From Barthelona sp. PCE (lineage: Eukaryota), in the NCBI GenBank assembly GCA_040285745.1, contig JAUFOR010000003.1:1054001-1118000 (forward strand): 64,000 bases of DNA, read 5' to 3'. The notes beneath the pieces are model-generated. The model was not told the origin of the DNA. It searched no databases and was given only the letters and a program-made list of their open reading frames with translations. The position numbers and the translations under genes are program-made. Positions 10,409 through 20,536 of this stretch are shown piece by piece. The stretch's first letter is position 1, and the number at the start of each line of letters is the position of its first letter.

Positions 10409-11797
10409 ATGCCTAAGAACGATTATACCGTCGTCCGAAAGGTGGCTAACGATGTGTATCTGGGCATTCATAAGGAACAAAACACAGAATGTTACATTGC
10501 ATTTCATAGGTTCGATCCTGACGATGCGGATACGGTGGACAGGATCGAGGGGCTCATTCGATGTGCAGACGAGGAAGCAATATATCTGGTGGACACGTGG
10601 TTAGAAGATGCAGCATATGAACGAATTCTAGCAATGGTGATGCCTCTGGATCTTCCGTCTGTGGGCTCATACATTTCGAACAATAACCTGGACTACCATT
10701 TATCACTTGAAATATTGGAATACACACTTTATTCACTGAGTGTTATTGAGAAGTATTGCGGGGGTCATGGATCCATTCGACCTGATACAATTCTAATCAA
10801 CGAGACACCCAGAGGCATCCACGTACTCTTCGCCCCTATGACGCTATTTCCCTTCTACCAAGAAGGAGATGCGTATGCAGCTCCAGAAACTATATTCAAT
10901 GGTGTCCCTACGCTGCCGTATTCTGACACCTGGGCGATCGGGTGCCTTGTTGCTGACCTCTTCCTAACGCATAAGCATCTCTTTGCAAGCGTTGATGCTG
11001 CTGACCATATTGCAAAAATTGGATTGATTATCGGAAAGCCAACACTCAATTCTTTTTCTTACTTGAGTCCTCGCAGTGCAAGTGAGCTGGCTGGGGTATC
11101 TACACCAGCACATAGCTCTCTGTCGTTGGAGAATTTGTGCAGAAATCTGAACCCAGTTGTTGAAGAGTTGATTTCGTTGTGTTGCCGCTGGGAAATGACA
11201 AAGAGGCCTTCTATTAACGAAATACTGGACGTTCTTGCGCACACATCAGTCAAGCCATTGGGATTTTCAGAGCTACAAATGCAGACACCCGTGGTGGAGC
11301 GTGTTTCAACCACCACAACACCTCTCAGCAAACAATACTCATCAGGCACCACGCAATGGATAGATCAGACAGTAACGGAAGCACACGCCCAGTCAAGGAT
11401 GTTTGAACGCATCACAGCAGAACAATCTCAACCATCCCAAGATACACAAATGTTATCTGTTAAGATTGTGGATATCAAGAGCGAGTTTCCGTTTTTCCCC
11501 ACACAATGCAGTGAATCACAGCCAATGGAATGTCTTCTGTACATGAAGGGCAACGCAGACCCCACTCATCATATGTTTTTAACTGGAACAGGATCGCTCC
11601 ACTTTCCTTTTAATGATTTGAGTTTACTAAACGAATTAATGATATTGATTGATGAACGACAGTACGTATGTCGCATAGACCCTACAATCCTACGCTTCTT
11701 CGCCATCGATGGGTGGTATTCAGTATATCCGAAGGATCATGTGCTAGAAGAAGAACATGTGGTTGCAAATCTTCGCGTGACCGTAAACCTTACTTAA
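10409..11797 (+). CDS. Pseudokinase (CMGC-like C-lobe) with possible C-terminal C2-like domain
   Basis: YAAPE, SDTWAIGCLVADL and KRPS retained; catalytic loop reads HGSIRPDTILI; no DFG or VAIK Lys; C-terminal IDGWYSV. Confidence 0.75.
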   Translation: MPKNDYTVVRKVANDVYLGIHKEQNTECYIAFHRFDPDDADTVDRIEGLIRCADEEAIYLVDTWLEDAAYERILAMVMPLDLPSVGSYISNNNLDYHLSLEILEYTLYSLSVIEKYCGGHGSIRPDTILINETPRGIHVLFAPMTLFPFYQEGDAYAAPETIFNGVPTLPYSDTWAIGCLVADLFLTHKHLFASVDAADHIAKIGLIIGKPTLNSFSYLSPRSASELAGVSTPAHSSLSLENLCRNLNPVVEELISLCCRWEMTKRPSINEILDVLAHTSVKPLGFSELQMQTPVVERVSTTTTPLSKQYSSGTTQWIDQTVTEAHAQSRMFERITAEQSQPSQDTQMLSVKIVDIKSEFPFFPTQCSESQPMECLLYMKGNADPTHHMFLTGTGSLHFPFNDLSLLNELMILIDERQYVCRIDPTILRFFAIDGWYSVYPKDHVLEEEHVVANLRVTVNLT

Positions 11798-11799
11798 CA

Positions 11800-12873
11800 T
11801 TAGAAGTGAGTGTCCACATCAACCATTGGTTTGATATCCCTGGAGACAACGCAATCGAGGAACACTGTTTTGTGATCGGATTCACCTAAGAAACCTGCAT
11901 CTTCGTATTGAAATACATGCATGTTAATTTCTTCATGGACCTTGTACAGTACACGGTCTGTCCATGCAGGAAGTCTATGCGTAGCGTAATATTTTTCGCC
12001 TTGCTCATTTGTCTTTAATTTAAAAGTAGGATCGAAATGAATATAATGTTCTTGGAATCCTGAAAGTATTGTGTCTGTTGCAATTAATCTGTTTAATTGA
12101 TCTTTTGATAATAAATGATTGAAATTTGTTCGCTGAGCATCCTCAGCATCGGATCTAAAGTTCAAATCGCCTGCAATAATGCAGCAATCAATTTGATTCC
12201 TCTCAATTAGCCCAGAGCCCATAATTGCGGATAGGTCGTTGCATCGTTCTTGATAATTTTCTTTATGAGCAGTTAAATGACAGCAAATTATGCAGAAACG
12301 TATTTCGTCATATGAAAAAGCAGTTATTATTGCGCCTTTGTTCACAAGAACGTTGCCAAGACCGAGCCTCACCGTGCTATATGATACATCTGTGAAAAAA
12401 GAAACGAGAGATGCAGAGACATAAATGTTGCTGTGCGTTGATCCCATCTCGTCAATATTCTGGTTCAGAGCGACGAAACGACGGGGAAGTGCTTCATTAA
12501 GAAGAGTTCTGAACTCTGCAGCACGGGACGGAAGCAGTGCTCCTTGCCCTGCGGACCGACCGCATTCCTGTGAACTGATGATGAGCATGTGATACACATC
12601 CAGCTTGAATTGGCTCAGGAAAGATGTCAACTCCTGGTTGCTCGGAAGTGTCCCACCATGATTTGATGTCAAACATAGTATTCGGAGTCTCTTTGGTTTG
12701 GTGACTGTTTTGAAAGCGGATTGGAGCAACATTTCGCGGTCAAGGCCCGTTTTGCGTTTAAACTGATGAATATTTGGAGTCTGAAGTTTGTTTAATGAAG
12801 AAGAATGTTTTGATTCTATATTTTCAATAGATCTCCCATCTATAGGATACACCCGTGACCCTTTACAGCCCAT
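11800..12873 (-). CDS. Inositol polyphosphate 5-phosphatase
   Basis: SSQE, NKGAI, CCHLTAH, AGDLNFR, PTFK, PAWTDRVLY and SDHKTV are the 5-phosphatase motifs; N-terminal MGCKGS. Confidence 0.93.
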   Translation of the reverse strand: MGCKGSRVYPIDGRSIENIESKHSSSLNKLQTPNIHQFKRKTGLDREMLLQSAFKTVTKPKRLRILCLTSNHGGTLPSNQELTSFLSQFKLDVYHMLIISSQECGRSAGQGALLPSRAAEFRTLLNEALPRRFVALNQNIDEMGSTHSNIYVSASLVSFFTDVSYSTVRLGLGNVLVNKGAIITAFSYDEIRFCIICCHLTAHKENYQERCNDLSAIMGSGLIERNQIDCCIIAGDLNFRSDAEDAQRTNFNHLLSKDQLNRLIATDTILSGFQEHYIHFDPTFKLKTNEQGEKYYATHRLPAWTDRVLYKVHEEINMHVFQYEDAGFLGESDHKTVFLDCVVSRDIKPMVDVDTHF

Positions 12874-12924
12874 GCATAAATGGAAAAGGATAAATTCTTT
12901 AATATATCACATTTATTGAGAAAA

Positions 12925-15900
12925 TCACTTCAAATTGCTCAAAAGTCCGCGCAAATATTGTAACCTATCGTTTTGGGACTTGCCAGAATCTGTTTTCAGT
13001 TTAGGCATGATAGGATGCTTCTTCATTTTCCCAAGCTGGTTATTCATTTCCTCCAGTTCATCATCCATCCTGCTCATCTGTTTACCAATCCTTGTGGGAG
13101 AGTTCACCATTGTGCATGTGTTCTTACTAATTCTTTCACGTAGAGCAGCCATTCTAGTTTCCATATCTTTACCGAAATCAATCTCCTCCTTTTCCTCTTC
13201 CAGTTCAGGTGTTTCAATGTCAATGTCGTCTCGAGTCTCCTTCAAGATGGCGAGGAAGGATCGTGGTAGCTCTGAGAAGTTAATACCTTGATTAACCAGT
13301 GGAATAGAATTTAAAACTTCTGTACAGAACTTTTTTGCACGTGGCACATCATTAAAGCTAATGCTCGCAGTAAGTCCTGACAATGCACTGATTAAATCAA
13401 GATCAGTTCGGTCTATATTCGAGAACTCAATCTTTGACAGACAACGATCAGCCAATTTGACCATTTTATCTGCAGTTTCAACATCCAACTTCTTGACGGC
13501 GCGTGATACGACTCTTGTGAGAGCAACACAACTTAACATCGGATCAACTACCATGGCAGATTGTAACACCCTTTGCACCGCTTTTATAAGGGCCATACCC
13601 AGATATAAATTGTTCGTCAAAGAAGAGAACAGCTCAAAGAGCAAATCAGCAACAGGAGATGCTTCTAGATGAATTTTAATACCTTCAAACTGGAAAATTC
13701 GAGATATCGACTTTAATAAATCATGACCAAGTTGCTGGTTTTCGTCAGATAGGTCTTCCACGCACAGAAGGTCACGGGAACGAGGCGTCAATGCTATAAT
13801 TACTTCACATGCCCATTCCTTAAAGAGCGGGTTCGTGTCCAGTTCAGTGCTCAAAAAGGAGATGGAACGGGTGTTGTTGGGATCAGCCAGCGCCTCCAAC
13901 AGCGTTTCAATGTGCTGTTCGTTTGACATGACCTCCTTCACAGGTGAAGAAAATAAAGATTTTCGCTGTGGCAAGATAGGGGTGTTTACCTCAGAGAATC
14001 GCCTGGAAGTTTGGTCAGGAGATGGTGTCTTGAACTCTTCACTCATGGAGAAAGGCGCAGAACCCGATAGAATAAGTGTATCATCACCCTCAATTTCGCG
14101 AACACGATCTTCGATTTCCCTGCGCTGCTTATTCTCCAGCACGATAGGAAGAGACCCATCGAGCTTGATGAATGCAAGGGCAAGAAACTCGAGGGCGGTT
14201 CTCTTGACCTCAATCTTTGAATGTGAGAGAAGAGCAGTTGCTACATCAAGCACAGTGCTGGAATACTCGACAACAGGAACTAAGCTTGTGAGCTCGTTCA
14301 ACAGCGCAAGGACATGCACCTTGTTCTTACCCTTCAGTGTGGGTGCAACATCACAAATCATCACAAATAGCTGGAAGGATGGCATCTCGTGACACAGACG
14401 CTTAAAGAAATCATGTTCTTCAACGATGGGAGAAGAAAGAAGTGAGGGGAGCACAAAGCCTAGCTCCCACGGCTTGATTTTATACGATATCGTCTTGAGG
14501 GGTTCGTGGATATCATTCAAGAACTTCAAGACACTGGACCAATTAGATTGTTTGGCTTGGATCATGAACGCCAGATATTTAAAGACAATGTCGATGTTGA
14601 TGATGAAAGTTTCACTGTTTGTGACCAGTAGCACTTCCATTCGCGAAAGTCCTTCAGGGTTGGCCGTTAGCATTTGGTTCTTCAGTTTGCCAGTTACGTA
14701 CAGCTCAACCTGGTCTTTGAACAGCTTGGGCGAGTACTCCTTCTCCCTCTTACGGCGCAGGGAGATATCGCGCATTGTGCCGGTTAGGTCACCCTCGAGC
14801 ACTTGTCTAACGGGGGCAATTTGTTCGGAAGCACGACGAGTTTCAGGCATGCGGCGAGCTCTGCGTTCAGCCCTAGGCTTGGGTGCCTTCGCTTCAACAA
14901 CAACAGGCACTGATGCGACAGGGGTTGGTTGCACTGGGATTTTGGGAGCAGCAACAGGTTTTGCCTGAAGATTAACAAGTTCCACTTTCTCTGAGTGATC
15001 GAGCGCACGCTCAAACCAGGTCTTCAGTGTCAACCCATCAGTCTTTTTCTTTGCTTTCTTAATGTACACATCATAATCTACATCTGAAAACATGCGCATC
15101 AAACGACCAAGGAAACACACACAGGTGCCCTTGACATCGTTTCCATGGTTGATGAAGCAAAAGCACAAGCCCTTCACAACGAGAGATATGTATTTTGACG
15201 TCATATTAGGGTTGATAAATTCTTCAATGTGCTTTTGAAGCAGGGTGAAATAGTCAGCGACTTTCCGCTCATTGAGCTTCTTGATGGACTGGAAGAAAGG
15301 GATGATAAAGCTCTTCTGTATATTCTTTTCCAACATTTGTTCAAAGATGGATAAAACCAGTTCATTATTCTTGTTATCAATAAACAACAGGCAGGGAACA
15401 AGAACCTTCCTACAGAAAACCTCAGGACACTTGAGCAGGATGGCCCCAGTTATGTTAATGAGACTAACAATACACGGTTGCACGCTCTCCTCGTTAAACC
15501 TTAGCTCCAGTGTTTGAATAAAGCCTCGGTCGATACTGATGTTCTCTTCATCATTAATAGCCTTGTATATGTTGGTTAATGCTGTAGAACGAGATTTCCA
15601 AGCACGAGCATTGATGTTCTTAGTGTATTCCTCAATAAGCACATTGATTGGAATTTTTTCGATTTTCACCTTCACAATAGGTGACACGTCACCAGTTGCA
15701 ACCACGATCTCCTCTTTCAGACTCTTAGAAAGATCAGGGAAGATCTTATGGAAGTCCACAGCGAGTTTCTTTAACTCAATAGCCAACTTAACTGCGAGTT
15801 TTCTGTTTGCAGAGCTAGGCTTGAGGATGGTGGATGCAATGGGGGAGACTGCAGTGTAGCGGATTTCCTCCATAGTGTCAACAACAAGAGTAACACAGTT

Positions 15901-18027
15901 AAGTTGAGCTTTTTGTGAACGCTGGGCGTTATAAAAGTTAAAAAACCGCTCAAAAACCGTCTCTTTCCCATAACACTTGACCCATCTTACAAAAATAGCA
16001 CACAGGCGACGGAAAAGACGTGTTTCGGTTATTTTTGGTAATGACGCATCCATCATTACTGAAAGGGCAACCATATTATAATCCTCACTGCGCTCCACGA
16101 AAAACATCATCGTTTCGCACGCTGCGATTCTAACTAATGATATAGAATCATTGCAAAAGGAAGAAAGAACACCGCAGATGGCGTCGATATCGATTCCTCT
16201 GCCTGCATTTTCCTGGCGCTTGACAGCGTCCTCCATCCAGTTGACCTTATCCTTCCACTTTGTGATGGTTGTCACAAAATTTCCAAAACCGTCAAAAGAT
16301 TGAGAAGCGAGAGAGCTCAGCGCCTCTGTGAAGACAGGGAGCGCGGTACTACGGTGTTCCTCCTGGGCCTTACTTTTTTGATTCTTCCTCCTTCTTATCC
16401 TCTTGGGAGCTTCCTCTTCGAGCTTGGCATCAGGAACTCTTTCCTTCTTCACTGGCTTTGCAATCGCAGGTTTGGCTGCGGGTTTTGATACTGCCATGGA
16501 AGTTGAGTCCACGTTGCCCTCAAGAAGATCCATAATTGCTTTTTGCTTGTGCTCATCAAGCGACTGGATCTTTACCTTCAGATCTTTAACATCATGGAAG
16601 TGCCTGCACTGTGCAATGCACTCATATGCCTTCCTCCGCACGCTGCTGTCCTTGTCGTTTGTAGCATTCAACAAGTTGGGGAGGAGACTGACAACAAAGC
16701 CTCTGAGGAACTCTTCGTCTTTCAACTCAAGAGCGCGGTGAAGAGAAAATAAAATGAAGCCGATCATGGCGTCCCTGACCTTTGGTTGACCATCGTTTAG
16801 AGCACCAGTGAAGTGCTTCACATAACTTGCGAGCGGTCTCTCACTGGATATGAGGAACCGATACAGGGAGAGCATCACAACTTCGCTTGATCTGCCTCTG
16901 ATAACGCGGACCATACTGTCAACAATATCGTTGCGGTTAACGATATCGGGACCGACGTTCAAACCAATGAAACCGATGACTTCGGCAGATGGTACCTGAA
17001 GATTACGATTGCCACTGTCTAGCGTCGTCTTCGTGGCGTTTATGATCTTTGCCACCTGATTTCCAATGTCAACTGGCCTATTGATGAGGTTCAAAACAGT
17101 GGAGATTGCAGCCTTTTTCTTAGGTACTTTTTGAGCGCTAAACTCATTCACAGCAACGTTTTTAAGGACAGGGCGCATCTTCAGGCGCCAGTAGTGCTCC
17201 GTGGTGTCAACCTCAGCACATACAACATTGATAGAAACGTTGCGTTTTTTTTGAAGGAAAGTGAGTCGGGTTGGATTGAGCACAATTTTATCCATTTCGG
17301 TTTGTATCATGTTAATTTTGGTGGAATTGATGTCTAATGTCTTAATTAAAGCAGGAAAGAATAATTTGGTGAAGTATGCAGTCAACTCAATGGAGATCTT
17401 TCGTACATTACTATCTGACTTATTTAAACAAATTGAAAAGATTGAAACAGCACTCTCAACTTCGATGGGTGATGTTTCAAAGTAAAATTCTTTCATGACA
17501 ATCAACCACATTTGTAATATAACCTTCAGGATCACTCCTCTTTGATTTTGAACATCTTGACGTAGAATATACATAAAGAATATGTCAAGATGGTGCTCGC
17601 ACATCGTGAGAATGAAATCTTGGCAAGAATTTCTCATATTGGATTTTGTTAGGATTTTACCAAAAAGAATTTCAAAATAATCCAAAAGAATAGCTTCTGT
17701 AAGTGTTCTGACATTGAATCTGTAGTATATTTGGAACAACTGGAAGCAAAAGCGTAATGACTTTGCTGTATTTTCTTTGGAAAGCCACTTTTTAAAATCT
17801 ACATTCTCCATATTCAACTGGTCTTTTTCAGGGTCTAGATCTTTCCAAATATTTAATAACTCCTCGTACGCACTACGTCGGAAGTCCTGGAGATCATGCT
17901 TAAGCCTCATACGAAGAGGAACAGCCATGTAATCTGGAGTAACAATGGCATGCTCGTCTTCTTTCGGGCCCAGCTGGACTGCGGTTGTTGGTAAGATGTC
18001 GACAGATGCCGAACTCCCCTGGAACAT
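12925..18027 (-). CDS. CKAP5: XMAP215/Dis1/CKAP5-family TOG-domain microtubule polymerase (divergent)
   Basis: PLRMRLKH...RRSAYEEL TOG1 start, HEAT repeats (DSNVRK, PKVRDA, DSSVRRKA), WKDK and WKSR turns; 1700 aa. Confidence 0.8.
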   Translation of the reverse strand: MFQGSSASVDILPTTAVQLGPKEDEHAIVTPDYMAVPLRMRLKHDLQDFRRSAYEELLNIWKDLDPEKDQLNMENVDFKKWLSKENTAKSLRFCFQLFQIYYRFNVRTLTEAILLDYFEILFGKILTKSNMRNSCQDFILTMCEHHLDIFFMYILRQDVQNQRGVILKVILQMWLIVMKEFYFETSPIEVESAVSIFSICLNKSDSNVRKISIELTAYFTKLFFPALIKTLDINSTKINMIQTEMDKIVLNPTRLTFLQKKRNVSINVVCAEVDTTEHYWRLKMRPVLKNVAVNEFSAQKVPKKKAAISTVLNLINRPVDIGNQVAKIINATKTTLDSGNRNLQVPSAEVIGFIGLNVGPDIVNRNDIVDSMVRVIRGRSSEVVMLSLYRFLISSERPLASYVKHFTGALNDGQPKVRDAMIGFILFSLHRALELKDEEFLRGFVVSLLPNLLNATNDKDSSVRRKAYECIAQCRHFHDVKDLKVKIQSLDEHKQKAIMDLLEGNVDSTSMAVSKPAAKPAIAKPVKKERVPDAKLEEEAPKRIRRRKNQKSKAQEEHRSTALPVFTEALSSLASQSFDGFGNFVTTITKWKDKVNWMEDAVKRQENAGRGIDIDAICGVLSSFCNDSISLVRIAACETMMFFVERSEDYNMVALSVMMDASLPKITETRLFRRLCAIFVRWVKCYGKETVFERFFNFYNAQRSQKAQLNCVTLVVDTMEEIRYTAVSPIASTILKPSSANRKLAVKLAIELKKLAVDFHKIFPDLSKSLKEEIVVATGDVSPIVKVKIEKIPINVLIEEYTKNINARAWKSRSTALTNIYKAINDEENISIDRGFIQTLELRFNEESVQPCIVSLINITGAILLKCPEVFCRKVLVPCLLFIDNKNNELVLSIFEQMLEKNIQKSFIIPFFQSIKKLNERKVADYFTLLQKHIEEFINPNMTSKYISLVVKGLCFCFINHGNDVKGTCVCFLGRLMRMFSDVDYDVYIKKAKKKTDGLTLKTWFERALDHSEKVELVNLQAKPVAAPKIPVQPTPVASVPVVVEAKAPKPRAERRARRMPETRRASEQIAPVRQVLEGDLTGTMRDISLRRKREKEYSPKLFKDQVELYVTGKLKNQMLTANPEGLSRMEVLLVTNSETFIINIDIVFKYLAFMIQAKQSNWSSVLKFLNDIHEPLKTISYKIKPWELGFVLPSLLSSPIVEEHDFFKRLCHEMPSFQLFVMICDVAPTLKGKNKVHVLALLNELTSLVPVVEYSSTVLDVATALLSHSKIEVKRTALEFLALAFIKLDGSLPIVLENKQRREIEDRVREIEGDDTLILSGSAPFSMSEEFKTPSPDQTSRRFSEVNTPILPQRKSLFSSPVKEVMSNEQHIETLLEALADPNNTRSISFLSTELDTNPLFKEWACEVIIALTPRSRDLLCVEDLSDENQQLGHDLLKSISRIFQFEGIKIHLEASPVADLLFELFSSLTNNLYLGMALIKAVQRVLQSAMVVDPMLSCVALTRVVSRAVKKLDVETADKMVKLADRCLSKIEFSNIDRTDLDLISALSGLTASISFNDVPRAKKFCTEVLNSIPLVNQGINFSELPRSFLAILKETRDDIDIETPELEEEKEEIDFGKDMETRMAALRERISKNTCTMVNSPTRIGKQMSRMDDELEEMNNQLGKMKKHPIMPKLKTDSGKSQNDRLQYLRGLLSNLK

Positions 18028-18110
18028 TATGCGTTTATGTCCTGGTTGAAGAAAGAGTTGATGTATGAGAAAACGTTGTTTGTTTCCAATTTTAAACCCT
18101 TATCGATACA

Positions 18111-20525
18111 ATGCGCCCAAATAATCAGCAACAGGCAGCATCTGAGCTTCGCGATAGCTGTTTGAGTCTAGCAGTGGATGCGCAGAAATTTATTTCAAGT
18201 ACTGGTGAGAAACCGGTTCCGGCAGTATCTAAAAGCTTCATGAACATTACAAATACACCATATAATCGTACGCAATATGATCCAATTCAGTCATCCACCA
18301 TTATTGATAATTCTTTGAGTTTGAAGGGTGTGAAGGATGATTTATGCAAGCTTAAGGGTGAAATGAAGGCCCGTCTCGACAGTCTCGATGTACGTGTTAA
18401 CCAGCAAGACAACAAGTCGTTTGAAACTGTTGATGAACTTCACAGATTAATGACAGATACCATTTGCAAGGAGGCAGAGAAGCGAAAGGTCCTCGAGGAT
18501 CGCATTAACCTGATGGAAAAGCATTTCCTGCATGACAAGAAAGACAGTGAACTTACTCTTGCAGCCCTTGAACTTGAGACACAGTTAAAACAGCACGTCA
18601 CTGCAGTTGACGTTATCAAGGACAGGATAGAGGTCCTCGACAAGCACTATAAGAAGGTTAGCTTTGATATTCAGACGCTTTATGACCAGGATGATGAAAC
18701 AAAAATTCAGCTCAACAATATGAGGAGCATTGATGCAGCCATCTCGGCTCTGCAGAGCGAGTACAAGCACGAGATTGGGCTCATCAGAGAGCGCTACACC
18801 AGTCAGTTCGACTCCCTCATCAAGTCAATAAGTGCACTCGAGAAGACAGGAGCCACGCTGCAGACCGTTGTAGGTGAGCACAACGTGTCTATGGTGGAGC
18901 TAGCAGGACAGCAGAGTAGACTTGGAGATCAGATTAGCGAACTGAAGACCTCACAGAAGAGACACACCAAGCAGAACAATCAGAGATTTGGGGTAATCAT
19001 GGGTAATTCAAACGATTTGCTTGAGATGATTAAAACCAATTCTGTCAATCACGGGGAAATAACAGAGAAGTTGGTTGACCTCGAACACCTTGTTGAGAAT
19101 GGTACTTCTGCTTTAGATGACCTCGAAGACCGCGTTGAAGGATCACTGCGCAACATCTATGATTCATTCCATGAGCATACCAATCAACAGACCGAGTACA
19201 TGAGGAAGGTGACGAAGCAAGCAATGCAGAAGACCAAGGAAGAATCTAACAGCGCATTAGTAGGCGAGTTCGAGCGTGTTAGCGAGGAGATGGTGCGTTA
19301 TGAGAAGGGTCTTGATTCTGTGAAGAAGACTTTTGGTCAGTTTGCATCTGCATTCGAGGAGATCAGTAACCGATTTGATGGTGAAATGTCCGACATGAAG
19401 GCCACTCAGAAAAAGGATCGAGACGAGTTGGCAAGAGCGCTCATGACCCACGGCAAGACAATGGAGAGCATTGTCACACAGCTCAAAGATATTGACGGAA
19501 GGCATAACCAAATAGCAACATCCTTAAGTGCTAAGATAAACACCCTGCACGAGAACGATGAGCAGTTGAATGCAGCCATTACAAGGACCGATAAAAGAAT
19601 TGAAGATGTTGAGAACGATGTTCGAGTTAACTTTACTGCATACACTGAACGTGTTGACGCGATGGAGGCAACAACATCAGCTTCATTACGCCATCTCAAG
19701 ACAGGTGTGGAGAACCTTGCTACTAAACACAGCGAAGACTTTGACTACTTGACTACCGAGCTTGAAGCGATCGAACCCAGTGTTGATAATTCTTTGGCGA
19801 CTCTTCGTAATGACATCGATGTCGAGTACAGGCAGATGGAAGAGCGTATTGGAGAGGCTAATCACACGTTCGAGGAGATGCACGGTGAGGTTAACGAGCT
19901 ACTTAAACAGAGCAACGATATTAACGCGCTTGTCATGGCAAATGCCGAGCAGACAAAGCAGCATCATGAATGGCTGAACAGACATAAGAATACAGTGAAT
20001 AGTCTTACAAATCACAGCCAGGAGATCACAAACATGGTGCAAACACTGACGGATGCTCAGAGACAGCTGGCTGATGAGCAAACGCAGATGGTACAACACA
20101 TTGGTAACATCAAGGACTTTAAGTCCCACGTCAGCACATCTCTTGCCAGGTTGGGTGATGTTGTTGGTGCGATTCCTGGTGAAATCACCGGCATGCATAC
20201 GAGGATCAACGATATTAATGATAAGGTATCTTCATTCCATACTGATATCACTCATATCACCCACAAGTTTGACAAATTGGACACAAAGTATGATCAGGTA
20301 AATGGTCTATCAGTATCATTGGAGAAAGACATTGATAATCAGACTAAAAGACTGGGAGAATGCTTCAGATACATTGATAGCGTTAGAGATGAAGCAGCAG
20401 CAGTCAACGCTTCATATTCCAGACTAACTTCAACCATTCATGGTGCTGTTGATACCGTTGATGATGATACAATCAATGAAGAATTGGAAATTAGCAGACT
20501 CCTTGCGCGTTCTCATGTAAATTAA
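18111..20525 (+). CDS. Long coiled-coil protein (804 aa)
   Basis: Continuous heptad pattern; AAACCCTT leader before the ATG. Confidence 0.8.
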   Translation: MRPNNQQQAASELRDSCLSLAVDAQKFISSTGEKPVPAVSKSFMNITNTPYNRTQYDPIQSSTIIDNSLSLKGVKDDLCKLKGEMKARLDSLDVRVNQQDNKSFETVDELHRLMTDTICKEAEKRKVLEDRINLMEKHFLHDKKDSELTLAALELETQLKQHVTAVDVIKDRIEVLDKHYKKVSFDIQTLYDQDDETKIQLNNMRSIDAAISALQSEYKHEIGLIRERYTSQFDSLIKSISALEKTGATLQTVVGEHNVSMVELAGQQSRLGDQISELKTSQKRHTKQNNQRFGVIMGNSNDLLEMIKTNSVNHGEITEKLVDLEHLVENGTSALDDLEDRVEGSLRNIYDSFHEHTNQQTEYMRKVTKQAMQKTKEESNSALVGEFERVSEEMVRYEKGLDSVKKTFGQFASAFEEISNRFDGEMSDMKATQKKDRDELARALMTHGKTMESIVTQLKDIDGRHNQIATSLSAKINTLHENDEQLNAAITRTDKRIEDVENDVRVNFTAYTERVDAMEATTSASLRHLKTGVENLATKHSEDFDYLTTELEAIEPSVDNSLATLRNDIDVEYRQMEERIGEANHTFEEMHGEVNELLKQSNDINALVMANAEQTKQHHEWLNRHKNTVNSLTNHSQEITNMVQTLTDAQRQLADEQTQMVQHIGNIKDFKSHVSTSLARLGDVVGAIPGEITGMHTRINDINDKVSSFHTDITHITHKFDKLDTKYDQVNGLSVSLEKDIDNQTKRLGECFRYIDSVRDEAAAVNASYSRLTSTIHGAVDTVDDDTINEELEISRLLARSHVN

Positions 20526-20536
20526 TCAAGTGTTTG

